From: Candidatus Bathyarchaeia archaeon
GTDB taxonomy: Archaea > Thermoproteota > Bathyarchaeia > Bathyarchaeales > Bathycorpusculaceae
Direction: 5' to 3'
Length of the DNA stretch: 64,000 bases
Assembly: GCA_049516875.1 (NCBI GenBank)
Contig: JBEKSS010000003.1
Span: 1-64,000, forward strand
Below, in pieces: positions 37,329 through 47,020 of the stretch; position 1 is the first letter of the stretch, and each line of letters starts with the position of its first letter. The notes below the pieces were generated by a model, which saw nothing but the letters and a program-made list of their open reading frames with translations, made no database searches and had not been told where the DNA came from. Position numbers and translations under genes: made by a program.

Positions 37329-39497
37329 ATGAGTAGAGTAGTTCCTGGAATAATATTGGCATTGCTCTTAACCAACGTGTTTCTAGTGACTCTTGACGTC
37401 AAACCAGCCAAAGAAACCGCAACTCTAGCAGATAACATCGCATCGATACTTAACAACGTAAACTTCAACACAGGATCCTTGACAACCACACATTATGGAG
37501 TCATTTTCAACAAACTTCCTCTGAATGCTTACGATTCAACTACTAGCACGGACGGAACTGACAACTCCTTTGACTCAGCATTGTGGATCGAGAGGATGGC
37601 GCAAGTTGACGGTTACACCTCTGCAACCTTAGACGCAAATGCAAAAAATGCTCTGCAAAACATGGCCATGATAGGCCACATTCCCATAACTTACGACCCG
37701 CAGGCATGTTGGTTGGACTACCACAGGTTTATCTGCGAAGCTTTTGACTGGGCGCAGAGTTGGGGCGTATCAAGATGGGACACGCAGGCATGTTTCAATG
37801 AAGTCTTGGTTGCCTACCAGAGCCACGGCTCACCACTGCTCGGCTATCCAGGCTGGGCGTTCTCGTCTAGATACTACGATGAGTATGCCGAAAGTCTAGA
37901 CATTTTCAACAAGCTCAACGGATCAGATCAAGGTCTCTGGCAGGCTATAAACGACAAACATTGGAGCAGTTCCGCACAACTATACGGTTACACGGCTGGG
38001 AGCTCTATGTACGAGTGTGAGGCTGGACCATTTGCGTTTATCATCGCGTACTATCGTGCTACCCACGGCAACGACATTCCCTATTTCGACAGGATCGCAA
38101 CCGACTTGAGAACAAAGTTTTTGGCGAACGGATGGAGCAGCCCAGCGTGGGGGCAGCCTGGCATCGTTCAGCACGCTACTAGTAACCCTCAATTAAGATT
38201 GCAGAATACATTCATTGCCATAGCCGCCATGCAACTGTACTACAAAATTGCGCCTTGGCAAACCGAGTTTGTCAACATGCTGAATGGTACAACCTATCCC
38301 TCGGCATGGCAGGGCGCGTTGAACAGTCAACTCTTTGACGGAACCAAATTTGCAATGCTCTCTGGTCAAGCTGGTTCAGACGAAGCAAGTGCTGTTGGAT
38401 TGATGATGCTGTTCTTGGAAGGAATAATCCCTGATACCGGAAGCCTTGCAATGCCGATTTCGGAAGAAAGGTACGAGGACACATTGTCTTTCACGCCAGC
38501 CTCCAACTTCAACTATGACTCGAACAATCACAGAATAAGGATTCCAGTGTGGGCTGGAACATTGAAGTTTCAGTTCGGCTCGCAAATCACGTCGGCAAAC
38601 TTTCCTTCCGACGGAGTATACGAAGTCCAATTCAGTAGTGACTGGAACACTGTAACCAGCGTAAACGAGGTTTCTTCACTTTCACCGAATTTCTACTACA
38701 TGAATCGTTCTTCTCAAACACCGTCCACATACAATGCCACAGTTAATGCTTACTGCAGCCAAGAGAACAACTATGTTAATGTGAGCTTATCGATCGACGG
38801 TGTATCGTCCGGCTTTACTCCGTGCACATTTGCTGCGTTGACGGGGACACATACTTTTACAGTGCCAAACACCGACCAAGATGGCCATCCATTCACGCAA
38901 TGGAATACTGGCCAAACAAGCACTACTGTGACCGTTAGTTCAGGCGGAACATATACGGCGTACTACAGAGCACCTGTGCATGCCGTCGCCATCACGGATG
39001 TTACATGTTCAAAAACTGTTGTTGGTCAAGGCTACAGCCTAAACGTGACCGTTACAGCAGCAGACTTGGGCGACTACCCAGAAACGTTCAACACAACGAT
39101 CTATGCTAATGCGATGGCCATATACGTGCAGGCGGTGAACCTGGAAAACGGCGCGTCAACAACACTCTCCTTCGCCTGGGACACGACGAACTTTGCTTAT
39201 GGCAACTACACCATAAGCGCTTATGCTTCGCCTGTTCTAGGAGAAAACGACACAACAAACAACACTTGCGTTTCCGACGTTCCAGTCCATGTGGGCCTTC
39301 CTGGCGACATGTCCAGCACAGTACCAGGCGTTTATGACGGAATTGTCAATATGAAAGACATAGCCTATCTGGTAGTGAAATTCAATACTTTTTCAGAGAA
39401 AGCCGGCTGGGATCCAAACGCGGACGTCAACAACGACGGCCTCTGCAACATGAGCGACATAGCAATAGCCATCGTCAACTTCAACAAACACGAATAA
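37329..39497 (+). CDS. Secreted multidomain protein: helical (possibly glycoside-hydrolase-like) domain, Ig/CARDB-like domains and C-terminal dockerin
   Basis: Signal peptide; KTVVGQG...V...N/D.G..ETFN CARDB-like segment; GDM...DGIVNMKDI and ADVNNDGLCNMSDI dockerin repeats. Confidence 0.75.
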   Translation: MSRVVPGIILALLLTNVFLVTLDVKPAKETATLADNIASILNNVNFNTGSLTTTHYGVIFNKLPLNAYDSTTSTDGTDNSFDSALWIERMAQVDGYTSATLDANAKNALQNMAMIGHIPITYDPQACWLDYHRFICEAFDWAQSWGVSRWDTQACFNEVLVAYQSHGSPLLGYPGWAFSSRYYDEYAESLDIFNKLNGSDQGLWQAINDKHWSSSAQLYGYTAGSSMYECEAGPFAFIIAYYRATHGNDIPYFDRIATDLRTKFLANGWSSPAWGQPGIVQHATSNPQLRLQNTFIAIAAMQLYYKIAPWQTEFVNMLNGTTYPSAWQGALNSQLFDGTKFAMLSGQAGSDEASAVGLMMLFLEGIIPDTGSLAMPISEERYEDTLSFTPASNFNYDSNNHRIRIPVWAGTLKFQFGSQITSANFPSDGVYEVQFSSDWNTVTSVNEVSSLSPNFYYMNRSSQTPSTYNATVNAYCSQENNYVNVSLSIDGVSSGFTPCTFAALTGTHTFTVPNTDQDGHPFTQWNTGQTSTTVTVSSGGTYTAYYRAPVHAVAITDVTCSKTVVGQGYSLNVTVTAADLGDYPETFNTTIYANAMAIYVQAVNLENGASTTLSFAWDTTNFAYGNYTISAYASPVLGENDTTNNTCVSDVPVHVGLPGDMSSTVPGVYDGIVNMKDIAYLVVKFNTFSEKAGWDPNADVNNDGLCNMSDIAIAIVNFNKHE

Positions 39498-39686
39498 ACT
39501 TACATAGTTCGCCTCCACTCACAGGCGACATATCATAGACACCAGCACGCCTTAAAAAGACATAAATACTCGCCTACGTCTTCTTAAAAAAGCGCAGTAG
39601 AAGAAAAAGACTTGCCAACCTAGGTAATTGGTTAGGTTCCAAGCAAGCAATGATATCAGGTAAGAATGTTGAGAGAGCGATGAATC

Positions 39687-39872
39687 ATGGGCTTAAGAGA
39701 TTTCCTGTCTCAGTGTGCAAGAACATTAAGACTTGCTGTTAAACCTGGAAGAAGCGAGCTTTGGCTCTCAATAAAGATATGCCTTCTAGGCATCGCAGCA
39801 ATCGGATTGATAGGGTATATAATCAAAGTGATATCAGCCGTTGTGAACCCTGGCGGCGCAACCACTGGTTGA
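39687..39872 (+). CDS. secE: Protein translocase SecE/Sec61-gamma
   Basis: RTLRLAVKP...E, single TM, upstream of spt5. Confidence 0.9.
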   Translation: MGLRDFLSQCARTLRLAVKPGRSELWLSIKICLLGIAAIGLIGYIIKVISAVVNPGGATTG

Positions 39873-39893
39873 GCCTAGAAGGAAGAAGCTTTC

Positions 39894-40382
39894 ATGGAGA
39901 GGCACGAGGAAATCCCGACAAAGATTTTTGCAGTGAAGACAACAACCGGCCAAGAGAGGAATGTTGCTAGACTCGTTGCCGCAAAAGTCGAAATGAAAAA
40001 GATACCTGTCAGGACCATTCTCGTGCCCGAAGCATTAAGGGGATACGTCTTCATAGAGGCTCAAGGCCCCCATCTGGTGGAAGAAGCCATAACAGGCGTG
40101 AAACACGTGCGGTCAAGGATTCCGGGCATCGTGAGCTTCGCAGAGATTGAAAGATACATCGTCAAAAAACCAATCATTGAAGAGTTAAATGAAAATGACA
40201 TAGTCGAAGTGACGGGCGGACCATTCAAAGGCATGCGAGCAAAAATAACTCGAATTGACAAAACCAAGGCAGAGGTTACCCTCGAGTTGCTAGAAGCAAC
40301 CTTCACACTGCCAATAACCGTGAATTCCGATTACGTAAAGCTGGTTGAAAAGTCCAAAGCCGCAAGCGGGGGTGAATTGTAA
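39894..40382 (+). CDS. spt5: Transcription elongation factor Spt5
   Basis: TTTGQE, GYVFIEA, KOW motif GPFKG. Confidence 0.95.
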   Translation: MERHEEIPTKIFAVKTTTGQERNVARLVAAKVEMKKIPVRTILVPEALRGYVFIEAQGPHLVEEAITGVKHVRSRIPGIVSFAEIERYIVKKPIIEELNENDIVEVTGGPFKGMRAKITRIDKTKAEVTLELLEATFTLPITVNSDYVKLVEKSKAASGGEL

Positions 40383-40383
40383 A

Positions 40384-40872
40384 ATGGCTGACAAGAAAAC
40401 CGTGGAACTCCTAGTTAGCGGAGGACAAGCAAACGCAGGACCACCCTTGGGCCCAGCACTCGGCCCCTTAGGCGTAAACGTCATGGCGATTGTGAATAGA
40501 ATAAATGAATTGACAAAAGACTACGCTGGAATGAAGGTTCCAGTGAAGGTGCTTGTGGACCCCGACACCAAGCAGTTTGACGTGACCATTGGAACGCCCA
40601 CTGCCTCCGCCCTAATTGTCAGCGAACTCAAAATCGAGAAAGGCTCAGGTACTCCAAGCACACAGAAAGTCGGCAACCTCACAATCGACCAAGTGGTGCG
40701 CATAGCAAAGATGAAACGCGCAGAGCTTCTAGCAAGAACCCTCAAGACAGCAACAAAGGAGATTCTTGGAGTCTGCGTTAGCATGGGAGTGACCGCTGAA
40801 GGCAAAGATCCCCGTGAAGTGCAGCGGGAAATTGACGAAGGCAAGTACGACGAGATACTTAGTAAGAGTTAG
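40384..40872 (+). CDS. rpl11: 50S ribosomal protein L11
   Basis: GGQANAGPPLGPALGPLG. Confidence 0.96.
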   Translation: MADKKTVELLVSGGQANAGPPLGPALGPLGVNVMAIVNRINELTKDYAGMKVPVKVLVDPDTKQFDVTIGTPTASALIVSELKIEKGSGTPSTQKVGNLTIDQVVRIAKMKRAELLARTLKTATKEILGVCVSMGVTAEGKDPREVQREIDEGKYDEILSKS

Positions 40873-40931
40873 AGCCAAGCGAATATTTTTATAACCCCGT
40901 TCCATTCCCTCATTGGCACGAGGACTCCAAA

Positions 40932-41582
40932 ATGCCCTTAGACCAAAAAACGATACTGAACGCAGTAAAAGAAGCAAGGGAGAAATCTGAAAAGAGAAAG
41001 TTTAACCAATCAGTAGAGCTAATCCTGAAACTACAAGACATCGACATGAAATCGCCCGAAGCCAGAATACAAGAAATTGTCGAGCTACCCTACGCCCTTG
41101 AGAAACCAAACAAAATCTGCGTCATTGCGTCAGGAGAACTCGCAATGAAAGCGAGGAAGGCAAACGCAGACCACGTTGTTGAAAAATCTGAGCTTGAAAG
41201 CTTAGCCGGCAAGAAACAGGAAATGCGGAAGATAGCTAACGAGTACGATTTTTTCATCGCTGAAGCCCCATTGATGCCTTTGGTCGGAAAAACCTTGGGT
41301 TCCGTCTTGGGTCCAAGGGGGAAAATGCCTGTACCAGTGCCACCGTCAGCAGACATAGCCAGCCTAATAGCAAAACACCGAAAAACGGTTACGGTAAGAT
41401 TGCGCAACCAACCGATTCTGCAGTCTCGCATCGGAATGGAGAACATGAAAGACGAAGAGATAACTGAGAACATCCTAGTGGTCCTGAGGGTTCTAGAAGG
41501 AAAACTCAAGAGAGGAATGAAAAACATAAAGGTCGCCTACATCAAAACAGCCATGGGTGCGCCCGTGAAGGTTAAACCGTAG
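40932..41582 (+). CDS. rpl1: 50S ribosomal protein L1
   Basis: RKFNQSVEL, LGPRGKMP, KTAMG. Confidence 0.96.
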   Translation: MPLDQKTILNAVKEAREKSEKRKFNQSVELILKLQDIDMKSPEARIQEIVELPYALEKPNKICVIASGELAMKARKANADHVVEKSELESLAGKKQEMRKIANEYDFFIAEAPLMPLVGKTLGSVLGPRGKMPVPVPPSADIASLIAKHRKTVTVRLRNQPILQSRIGMENMKDEEITENILVVLRVLEGKLKRGMKNIKVAYIKTAMGAPVKVKP

Positions 41583-41598
41583 AAAGAGGAAAAAGTGG

Positions 41599-42483
41599 AT
41601 GCCATCCGAACAAGCTCTTCAAGGAAAAATCAAGGAAGTCGAAGAAATAACTGACCTGGTAAAGAAATATAAGGTCGTAGGCATTGCCAGCCTGCAGAAG
41701 GTCAGGGCAGCTCAAATGCAGGAATTCAAGAAGAACTTGGCGGACAAGGTCTACATGAGAGTCATGAAGAATACATTGATGAAACTGGCGATAGAAAACT
41801 GTAAGGAGAAGCCAGACCTGAAGAAACTTGAAGAGCACCTTCAGGGGGCGAATGTTTACATATTCACGGATGAGGATCCGTTCAAACTGGCCCTAATCCT
41901 GGAAAGAGGGAAGGTCAAAACAACGGCTAAGTCAGGGGACACAGCAGCCTTCGACGTCGTCGTCCCGGCAGGGAACACCGGCCAACCTCCCGGACCTATA
42001 ATCAGTCAGCTGAACGCTGTGGGTTTGCCGACGAGAATCGAATCCGGAAGCGTCTGGATCAACAAGGACACGTTGGTTGTCAAGAAGGGTGAAGCAATCA
42101 ACGAAAGACTCGCCAGCATGTTGTCAAAACTTGGAATCAAACCTGTTGAATCTGGCCTTGCAATGACCTACGTGTTCGAAGAGGGCCTGATCATAAATCA
42201 AGAACAGCTTAAACTCGACCTGGATGGAATAAAACATGACATTGAAAGAGCCTACGCAGATTCTCTTGCGCTGTCTCTGAGCGCCGCTTATCCAACAAAA
42301 GAAAACATGACAATGCTACTGCAAATAGCCCACAGAGAAGCATACGCGCTTTCAGTAAACGCGGCAATACCCACTAAGGAGACGATAGAGGACTTGGTTA
42401 GAAAGGCCCATGCTGAAATGTTAAGTTTAAGTAGTAGATTGCCCACCTTAGAGCAAAAGGTTACGCCAACTGAAAAAAGTTAA
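41599..42483 (+). CDS. rpl10: 50S ribosomal protein L10 (P0)
   Basis: KNTL, VPAGNTGQPPGP; operon position. Confidence 0.95.
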   Translation: MPSEQALQGKIKEVEEITDLVKKYKVVGIASLQKVRAAQMQEFKKNLADKVYMRVMKNTLMKLAIENCKEKPDLKKLEEHLQGANVYIFTDEDPFKLALILERGKVKTTAKSGDTAAFDVVVPAGNTGQPPGPIISQLNAVGLPTRIESGSVWINKDTLVVKKGEAINERLASMLSKLGIKPVESGLAMTYVFEEGLIINQEQLKLDLDGIKHDIERAYADSLALSLSAAYPTKENMTMLLQIAHREAYALSVNAAIPTKETIEDLVRKAHAEMLSLSSRLPTLEQKVTPTEKS

Positions 42484-42510
42484 AATAGTTGAGGTGAGAG
42501 GTGAAAAAAT

Positions 42511-42819
42511 ATGGAATACATCTACGCTGCAATGCTCCTTCACAAAGCAGGTAAAGAGATAAACGAAGCAAATCTGACACAAGTTCTTGCGGCAGCAGGC
42601 GTAAACGCCGACACAGTACGCGTCAAAGCACTCGTAGCTTCCCTAGCTGAAGTCAAAATCGACGAAGCGATCAAGTCTGCCCCAACGATGATGGCCGCAC
42701 CAGCAGCAGCAGCCCCAGCAACACCAGCAGTAGAAGCCAAACCAAAAGAAGAAAAGAAGGAAGACGAGAAACAGAAAGAAGAAGCAGCACTCGAAGGCTT
42801 AGGCGCATTATTCGGTTAA
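42511..42819 (+). CDS. rpl12: 50S ribosomal protein L12 (aP1)
   Basis: [11 protein letters not shown]...GLGALFG. Confidence 0.96.
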   Translation: MEYIYAAMLLHKAGKEINEANLTQVLAAAGVNADTVRVKALVASLAEVKIDEAIKSAPTMMAAPAAAAPATPAVEAKPKEEKKEDEKQKEEAALEGLGALFG

Positions 42820-42904
42820 AACCTCTCTTCATTCAATTTTCTAGATCACATTAATAACAAGAGTTTACTAGCTCATACTCCAACATCTTCTAAGGCGATC
42901 AGTC

Positions 42905-43870
42905 TTGAAAGCTACAGCCGTAGCGCACCCAATACAGGGACTGATAAAATATCATGGATTAAAGAATTCTAAGCAAAGAATCCCGTACCACGACAGCATA
43001 TCCGCATGCATCCAAGCCTTATCCACCACAACAACCGTTGAGACGATACGAGAATCAAAGAAAAACGAAATAACAATCAACGGGAGACAACCAGATACCA
43101 CCGAAAGGAAACGAGTCGAAACCGTTCTTAACAAGCTCAAGGAGCTGGCAGAGTTCTCAGGTAGCTTCAAAGTCGTCTCTCAAAATAGTCTTGAAACAGG
43201 CAAGGGCTTGGGATTTTCAGCCTCCGGTTTTGCAGCTATGGGCTTGGCCACAAAGGAAGCGCTTGTTCTTAATCTCGACGGTGTTTCGCTCTCAGGAATC
43301 GTCAGACTCGGAGCGGGTTCTGCCACAAGGAGTTTGGCAGGAGGCTTCGCAGTATGGTATGCCAACAGGAACAGCAGATCCTACGCTGAGCAGCTGGAGA
43401 CGCCAAGAAACATGGATTTTTCAATGGTAATCGTGCCCGTGCACTCCGACGTGAAGACTGACGAAGCACACGCCGAAGTGCTCAGTTCATGCCTTTTCAA
43501 AGCACGACTGAGGAACATTCGTGGATTGCTTGAAACGATGAAAGAGGCCATCAACAACGGAGACACTGCAACGATAGGCAAGCTTGCTGAAGAGGACACA
43601 CTAAATCTTCACGCGATAACGATGACAGGCAAATCGCACATGGTATTGTGGGAACCAGATACGGTCCGAATAATTAAGGAAATCATCCGAATGAGAGAAG
43701 AGGGAACGCCAGCGTGGTACTCGATGGACACTGGACCATCAGTCTTCATCAACACCTACAAGAGGACCACAGCGAAAATAGCCGAGCGATTCCAAGAAAT
43801 GGGATTTGCGAATGTATTAGTGAGCACGGTTGGCGAAAAGCCATTTCTAACCGGAAACCATCTTTTCTAA
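42905..43870 (+). CDS. mvaD: Mevalonate-pathway GHMP decarboxylase, probably phosphomevalonate decarboxylase
   Basis: AHPIQGLIKYHG, GLGFSASGFAA, RLGAGSATRS, SMDTGPSV. Confidence 0.85.
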   Translation: MKATAVAHPIQGLIKYHGLKNSKQRIPYHDSISACIQALSTTTTVETIRESKKNEITINGRQPDTTERKRVETVLNKLKELAEFSGSFKVVSQNSLETGKGLGFSASGFAAMGLATKEALVLNLDGVSLSGIVRLGAGSATRSLAGGFAVWYANRNSRSYAEQLETPRNMDFSMVIVPVHSDVKTDEAHAEVLSSCLFKARLRNIRGLLETMKEAINNGDTATIGKLAEEDTLNLHAITMTGKSHMVLWEPDTVRIIKEIIRMREEGTPAWYSMDTGPSVFINTYKRTTAKIAERFQEMGFANVLVSTVGEKPFLTGNHLF

Positions 43871-45238
43871 GTTCGCGCCTTTGGTCTTTCTCCAGTTTCT
43901 CAGAGTCTTGATAAGTACGAACGGTACCCAACCGCAGATAATCATCAAGGTGCCAGGAAAAGCTCCAATACTGAAGGTCAGAATGAAGGCCTCGAAAATG
44001 GAGAACGATACGGTCATTCCCACAACCGATGCTATCGCCAATCGTTTCCCGTATTTCTTGAATGTCTGAATGGCAAGCAAACCTGCAAAGAAAAAGTCTC
44101 CCAGGCCCAAGCTCAGTATTAGAAGGCCAGTTCCAGTCCTAATCAATGGAACAAGCGGCAAAGAAACCAGCACAGGAAGACTCAGACTCACAGCAGCGTT
44201 TGCGGCCTGAACCATTGTTTTCGTTACTAAGACAAGAACTATGTCCATGCCCGTTATCAGGACGCCAAAAACTGCGGTAGTTTTCCAGTTAAACAAACTT
44301 GCTAGGTAAAGAGTGATCAAGATAGCGAAAACAAGACCGTAAACGTTAGACAGGTAATAAGTCCAGAGAAAACTGTCCCTCAAGAATACATATAACAGAA
44401 TGAAAACCGCCGGCGGTATGACGCCTACGTACCAACGCTTGTTGGACAGCAGATAACTAAACGTGTACAGTAGCAGGGAGTAAGAGAACAGGAAGAGCAC
44501 CATCAGAATTACGCTGAGCTGCCGAACGATGACTATGAGTGTGATCATGACCGCCATCAAGCCAACAAGCAAAACGGCATCCCGAACCCGAAACTCTGTC
44601 TCTTCAAACACTCCTTTGAGTTTGTTCTCTGTCTTCAAATTTAGAAACATAGAGGCGAATGTTACAGCAAGAAGAGTCAGAGGCATGGTTAGGTCAAAAT
44701 TAAATTTGTTGTTGAAATACCCGTCATAGGCCGTATACTGCAGATATGTTCCCGCAGAATCGTACAGAAAAGCGTCGATGTGAAGACTCGTCTCACCCGT
44801 ACCCTTAACTTGAAACGTCAACGTGACCAAAGTTCCGTTGCTGTCGACTGTAGCGTTTGGAGAAGTGAAGTTTATCGAAGCATAGACGTTACCCGCAGTG
44901 TTGTCTTTGACGAAGTCCGTAATGCCGAAGCCTTTGAACAAATCACCCTCTCCAACCGTTGCGCAATTGATCAAATTAGGATCGTAGCCCAATCTCATTG
45001 TGAACCCGTGAAGGTTGATTGTCCCCAAGGCGGTGATATTAACATTGACAGTAAACTTATCGCCAGAAACTGCCGAGTAGTTCATGATCACCAAAGGCCT
45101 CACAACCAAGGCTATCTCGTTGGTTTCGTCATCTGTTTCAGCTACTGCAAAGGCCGGCTTAACGGCTGACACCGTTAAGAAAAGGACAGCCATCAACAGG
45201 ATTATTGCAAAAACTGCGAGCTTCTTATCTTCCGGCAT
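43847..45238 (-). CDS. Cohesin domain fused to a presenilin/SPP-like GxGD intramembrane aspartyl protease
   Basis: FTVNVNI...L.YDPNLI...EGD.F...GTLVTLTFQV.G.G cohesin; TM region with GMD, LGLGD and FPGT motifs. Confidence 0.75.
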   Translation of the reverse strand: MPEDKKLAVFAIILLMAVLFLTVSAVKPAFAVAETDDETNEIALVVRPLVIMNYSAVSGDKFTVNVNITALGTINLHGFTMRLGYDPNLINCATVGEGDLFKGFGITDFVKDNTAGNVYASINFTSPNATVDSNGTLVTLTFQVKGTGETSLHIDAFLYDSAGTYLQYTAYDGYFNNKFNFDLTMPLTLLAVTFASMFLNLKTENKLKGVFEETEFRVRDAVLLVGLMAVMITLIVIVRQLSVILMVLFLFSYSLLLYTFSYLLSNKRWYVGVIPPAVFILLYVFLRDSFLWTYYLSNVYGLVFAILITLYLASLFNWKTTAVFGVLITGMDIVLVLVTKTMVQAANAAVSLSLPVLVSLPLVPLIRTGTGLLILSLGLGDFFFAGLLAIQTFKKYGKRLAIASVVGMTVSFSIFEAFILTFSIGAFPGTLMIICGWVPFVLIKTLRNWRKTKGANLEKMVSG

Positions 45239-45542
45239 TTATCTAGCACTCATCCATTTCACGAAGACCTACTCTATTAGAGTCGACATCAGATGCTAAA
45301 TGCATACGGGCACATACGTACAACGCACATTTATCTCTTTATCTAGAAGAGCACCACCTTGGACTTTCAATCAGGGGTCTTGCAGGAAAGCGACGTAATC
45401 CAACATTCCCTAAAAACGGTCTTCGAGAACTGAACTTGAGAATCATCAACTTTCTAAATCTCGCCTACGAAAGTTATGTTTGGCGCACTTAACATATCAT
45501 GATTCTTGAGAACTTGAAGACGCCGAGCTCTTGTTGATCTCT

Positions 45543-45996
45543 TCAACGAATTTGCCAACCTTTGAACTGTACTGGCCAATCATCACTTCCTCTTTTCGTA
45601 AGAGCAAGAGTAGCGACTGGCGGGCGACCTGGAACTTCAGCCATGTACGCGAACACCTTTTCGCTCCCAGTCCCGTCGCCTGTTAGGAAAAAAGCAACTT
45701 TCCTGAAGCGATATTTTCTGGAAAAGATAGTTCTGACGGGAGTAGACATCTTCGTAGCGCAGACAGGTGTACCGATCGCAACGACATCGTAAATGGCAGG
45801 ATCTTTCTCTGCCTTCTTTATCACGTCAGCCGCTTGAAAGTGGCATCCACTCAGGACCTTAAGTAACCGAAAACGCCCATTCTGTTCCTCGTGTCAAAAA
45901 TCTCTTCGACATCGCACCGAAGAACCCGCGAAATCGTTTCAACAGCTTGTCTCGTGGTTCCCGTTCGGGAATAAAAACAAAAAACGCTTCACTTCA
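45543..45996 (-). pseudogene. Flavodoxin-like pseudogene
   Basis: FYSRTGTT...YLRS*VDA and YDVVAIGTPV; in-frame stop plus frameshifts. Confidence 0.75.
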
Positions 45997-46056
45997 ACAA
46001 ACCACAATCTAGTTCTATTCACTCCGTGAATAACCTTTCCTTACCGAAAAGAGAGT

Positions 46057-46917
46057 TTACCATTCTAACGCAAGAATGATGTTAAAGATCGCTAAAGAAG
46101 CGATAAGCGCCTCTTCGGTCCTGACAGTCTCCGTTCCCTGCATTGGAACAGTGTTAACCACAAAATCCACAAGCTCACTCAACTGGCGACCCTCACGCCC
46201 AACTATATCGCCCAATCCTTGGCTTGGTGCCCCAAAAGCCACAAGAACCCTGTTTGCTGCTTTCCATTTTTCAACAATCTCTCCAGCCACATCGGCAAAA
46301 GGCAAACCGTACCTGGAAGTGGCAACGATTAGATCAATACCGCCCTCCTTCAGGAAACTTGCGAACGGACGCTTTTCGACAGTGACAGTGTAACCCCAGT
46401 ACGAGGGTGCTTCATCTCGATTAACTAGCTCGACCTCGACAAGCTTTCCAACTTTGACAACCTTGACAGTGACCCGTTTACCTACGGCTAAACCTTTGCC
46501 TCGAATCAGTGCCGGCTGTTCCACACCAATGTCCACGAAAGTTTGCCTATCTGTTCTGGATAATGTGACAGCTTCGCGAAACTCGCCAACTTTCAATTCC
46601 TTCATTTGGCGGTTCAGAGGATGGTGCGGTGTCCGCAGAGGCGGCAGTATGCCAGCGTACTGCAAATCCGGGTTCAACTTGAACAGTCTCTTCCGAAGAT
46701 ACTGCGGTGTTTCCAGATAGCTCAGCAGCGTCGAAACCAGAGTCATCTCAGGCTTCTGACTGCCGTTAGGAACGTCTGGGAAGATTACGATTTCATCAAC
46801 TTTGAAAATAGCAGCCGTTCTGCCTATCAAGCCTATCTTGGAAGTCTTTTCACGCAAGTGCGGCGTGTCAGACACGACAGAGGCAGGTATTGCTATGCAA
46901 AGTCTCTTCCTCACCAA
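46057..46917 (-). CDS. SPOUT RNA methyltransferase (DUF171)
   Basis: Y.ETPQYLRK, GILPPLRTPHH, PMQGTETVRTEEA. Confidence 0.9.
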   Translation of the reverse strand: MVRKRLCIAIPASVVSDTPHLREKTSKIGLIGRTAAIFKVDEIVIFPDVPNGSQKPEMTLVSTLLSYLETPQYLRKRLFKLNPDLQYAGILPPLRTPHHPLNRQMKELKVGEFREAVTLSRTDRQTFVDIGVEQPALIRGKGLAVGKRVTVKVVKVGKLVEVELVNRDEAPSYWGYTVTVEKRPFASFLKEGGIDLIVATSRYGLPFADVAGEIVEKWKAANRVLVAFGAPSQGLGDIVGREGRQLSELVDFVVNTVPMQGTETVRTEEALIASLAIFNIILALEW

Positions 46918-47020
46918 CTCAGCCTTCCGCCTTGTTTTTCGCCAACACTATTATGGGGCAATCTGTTTAAAAACTCAAAGCGTCACATTGTTTTCAGAAC
47001 AAGAAAGGAGAACGAAGAGG

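Noticed and set aside
45543-45996. Selenocysteine or readthrough at the in-frame TGA in the flavodoxin-like gene
   Set aside because: Additional frameshifts and a damaged start indicate ordinary pseudogenisation.
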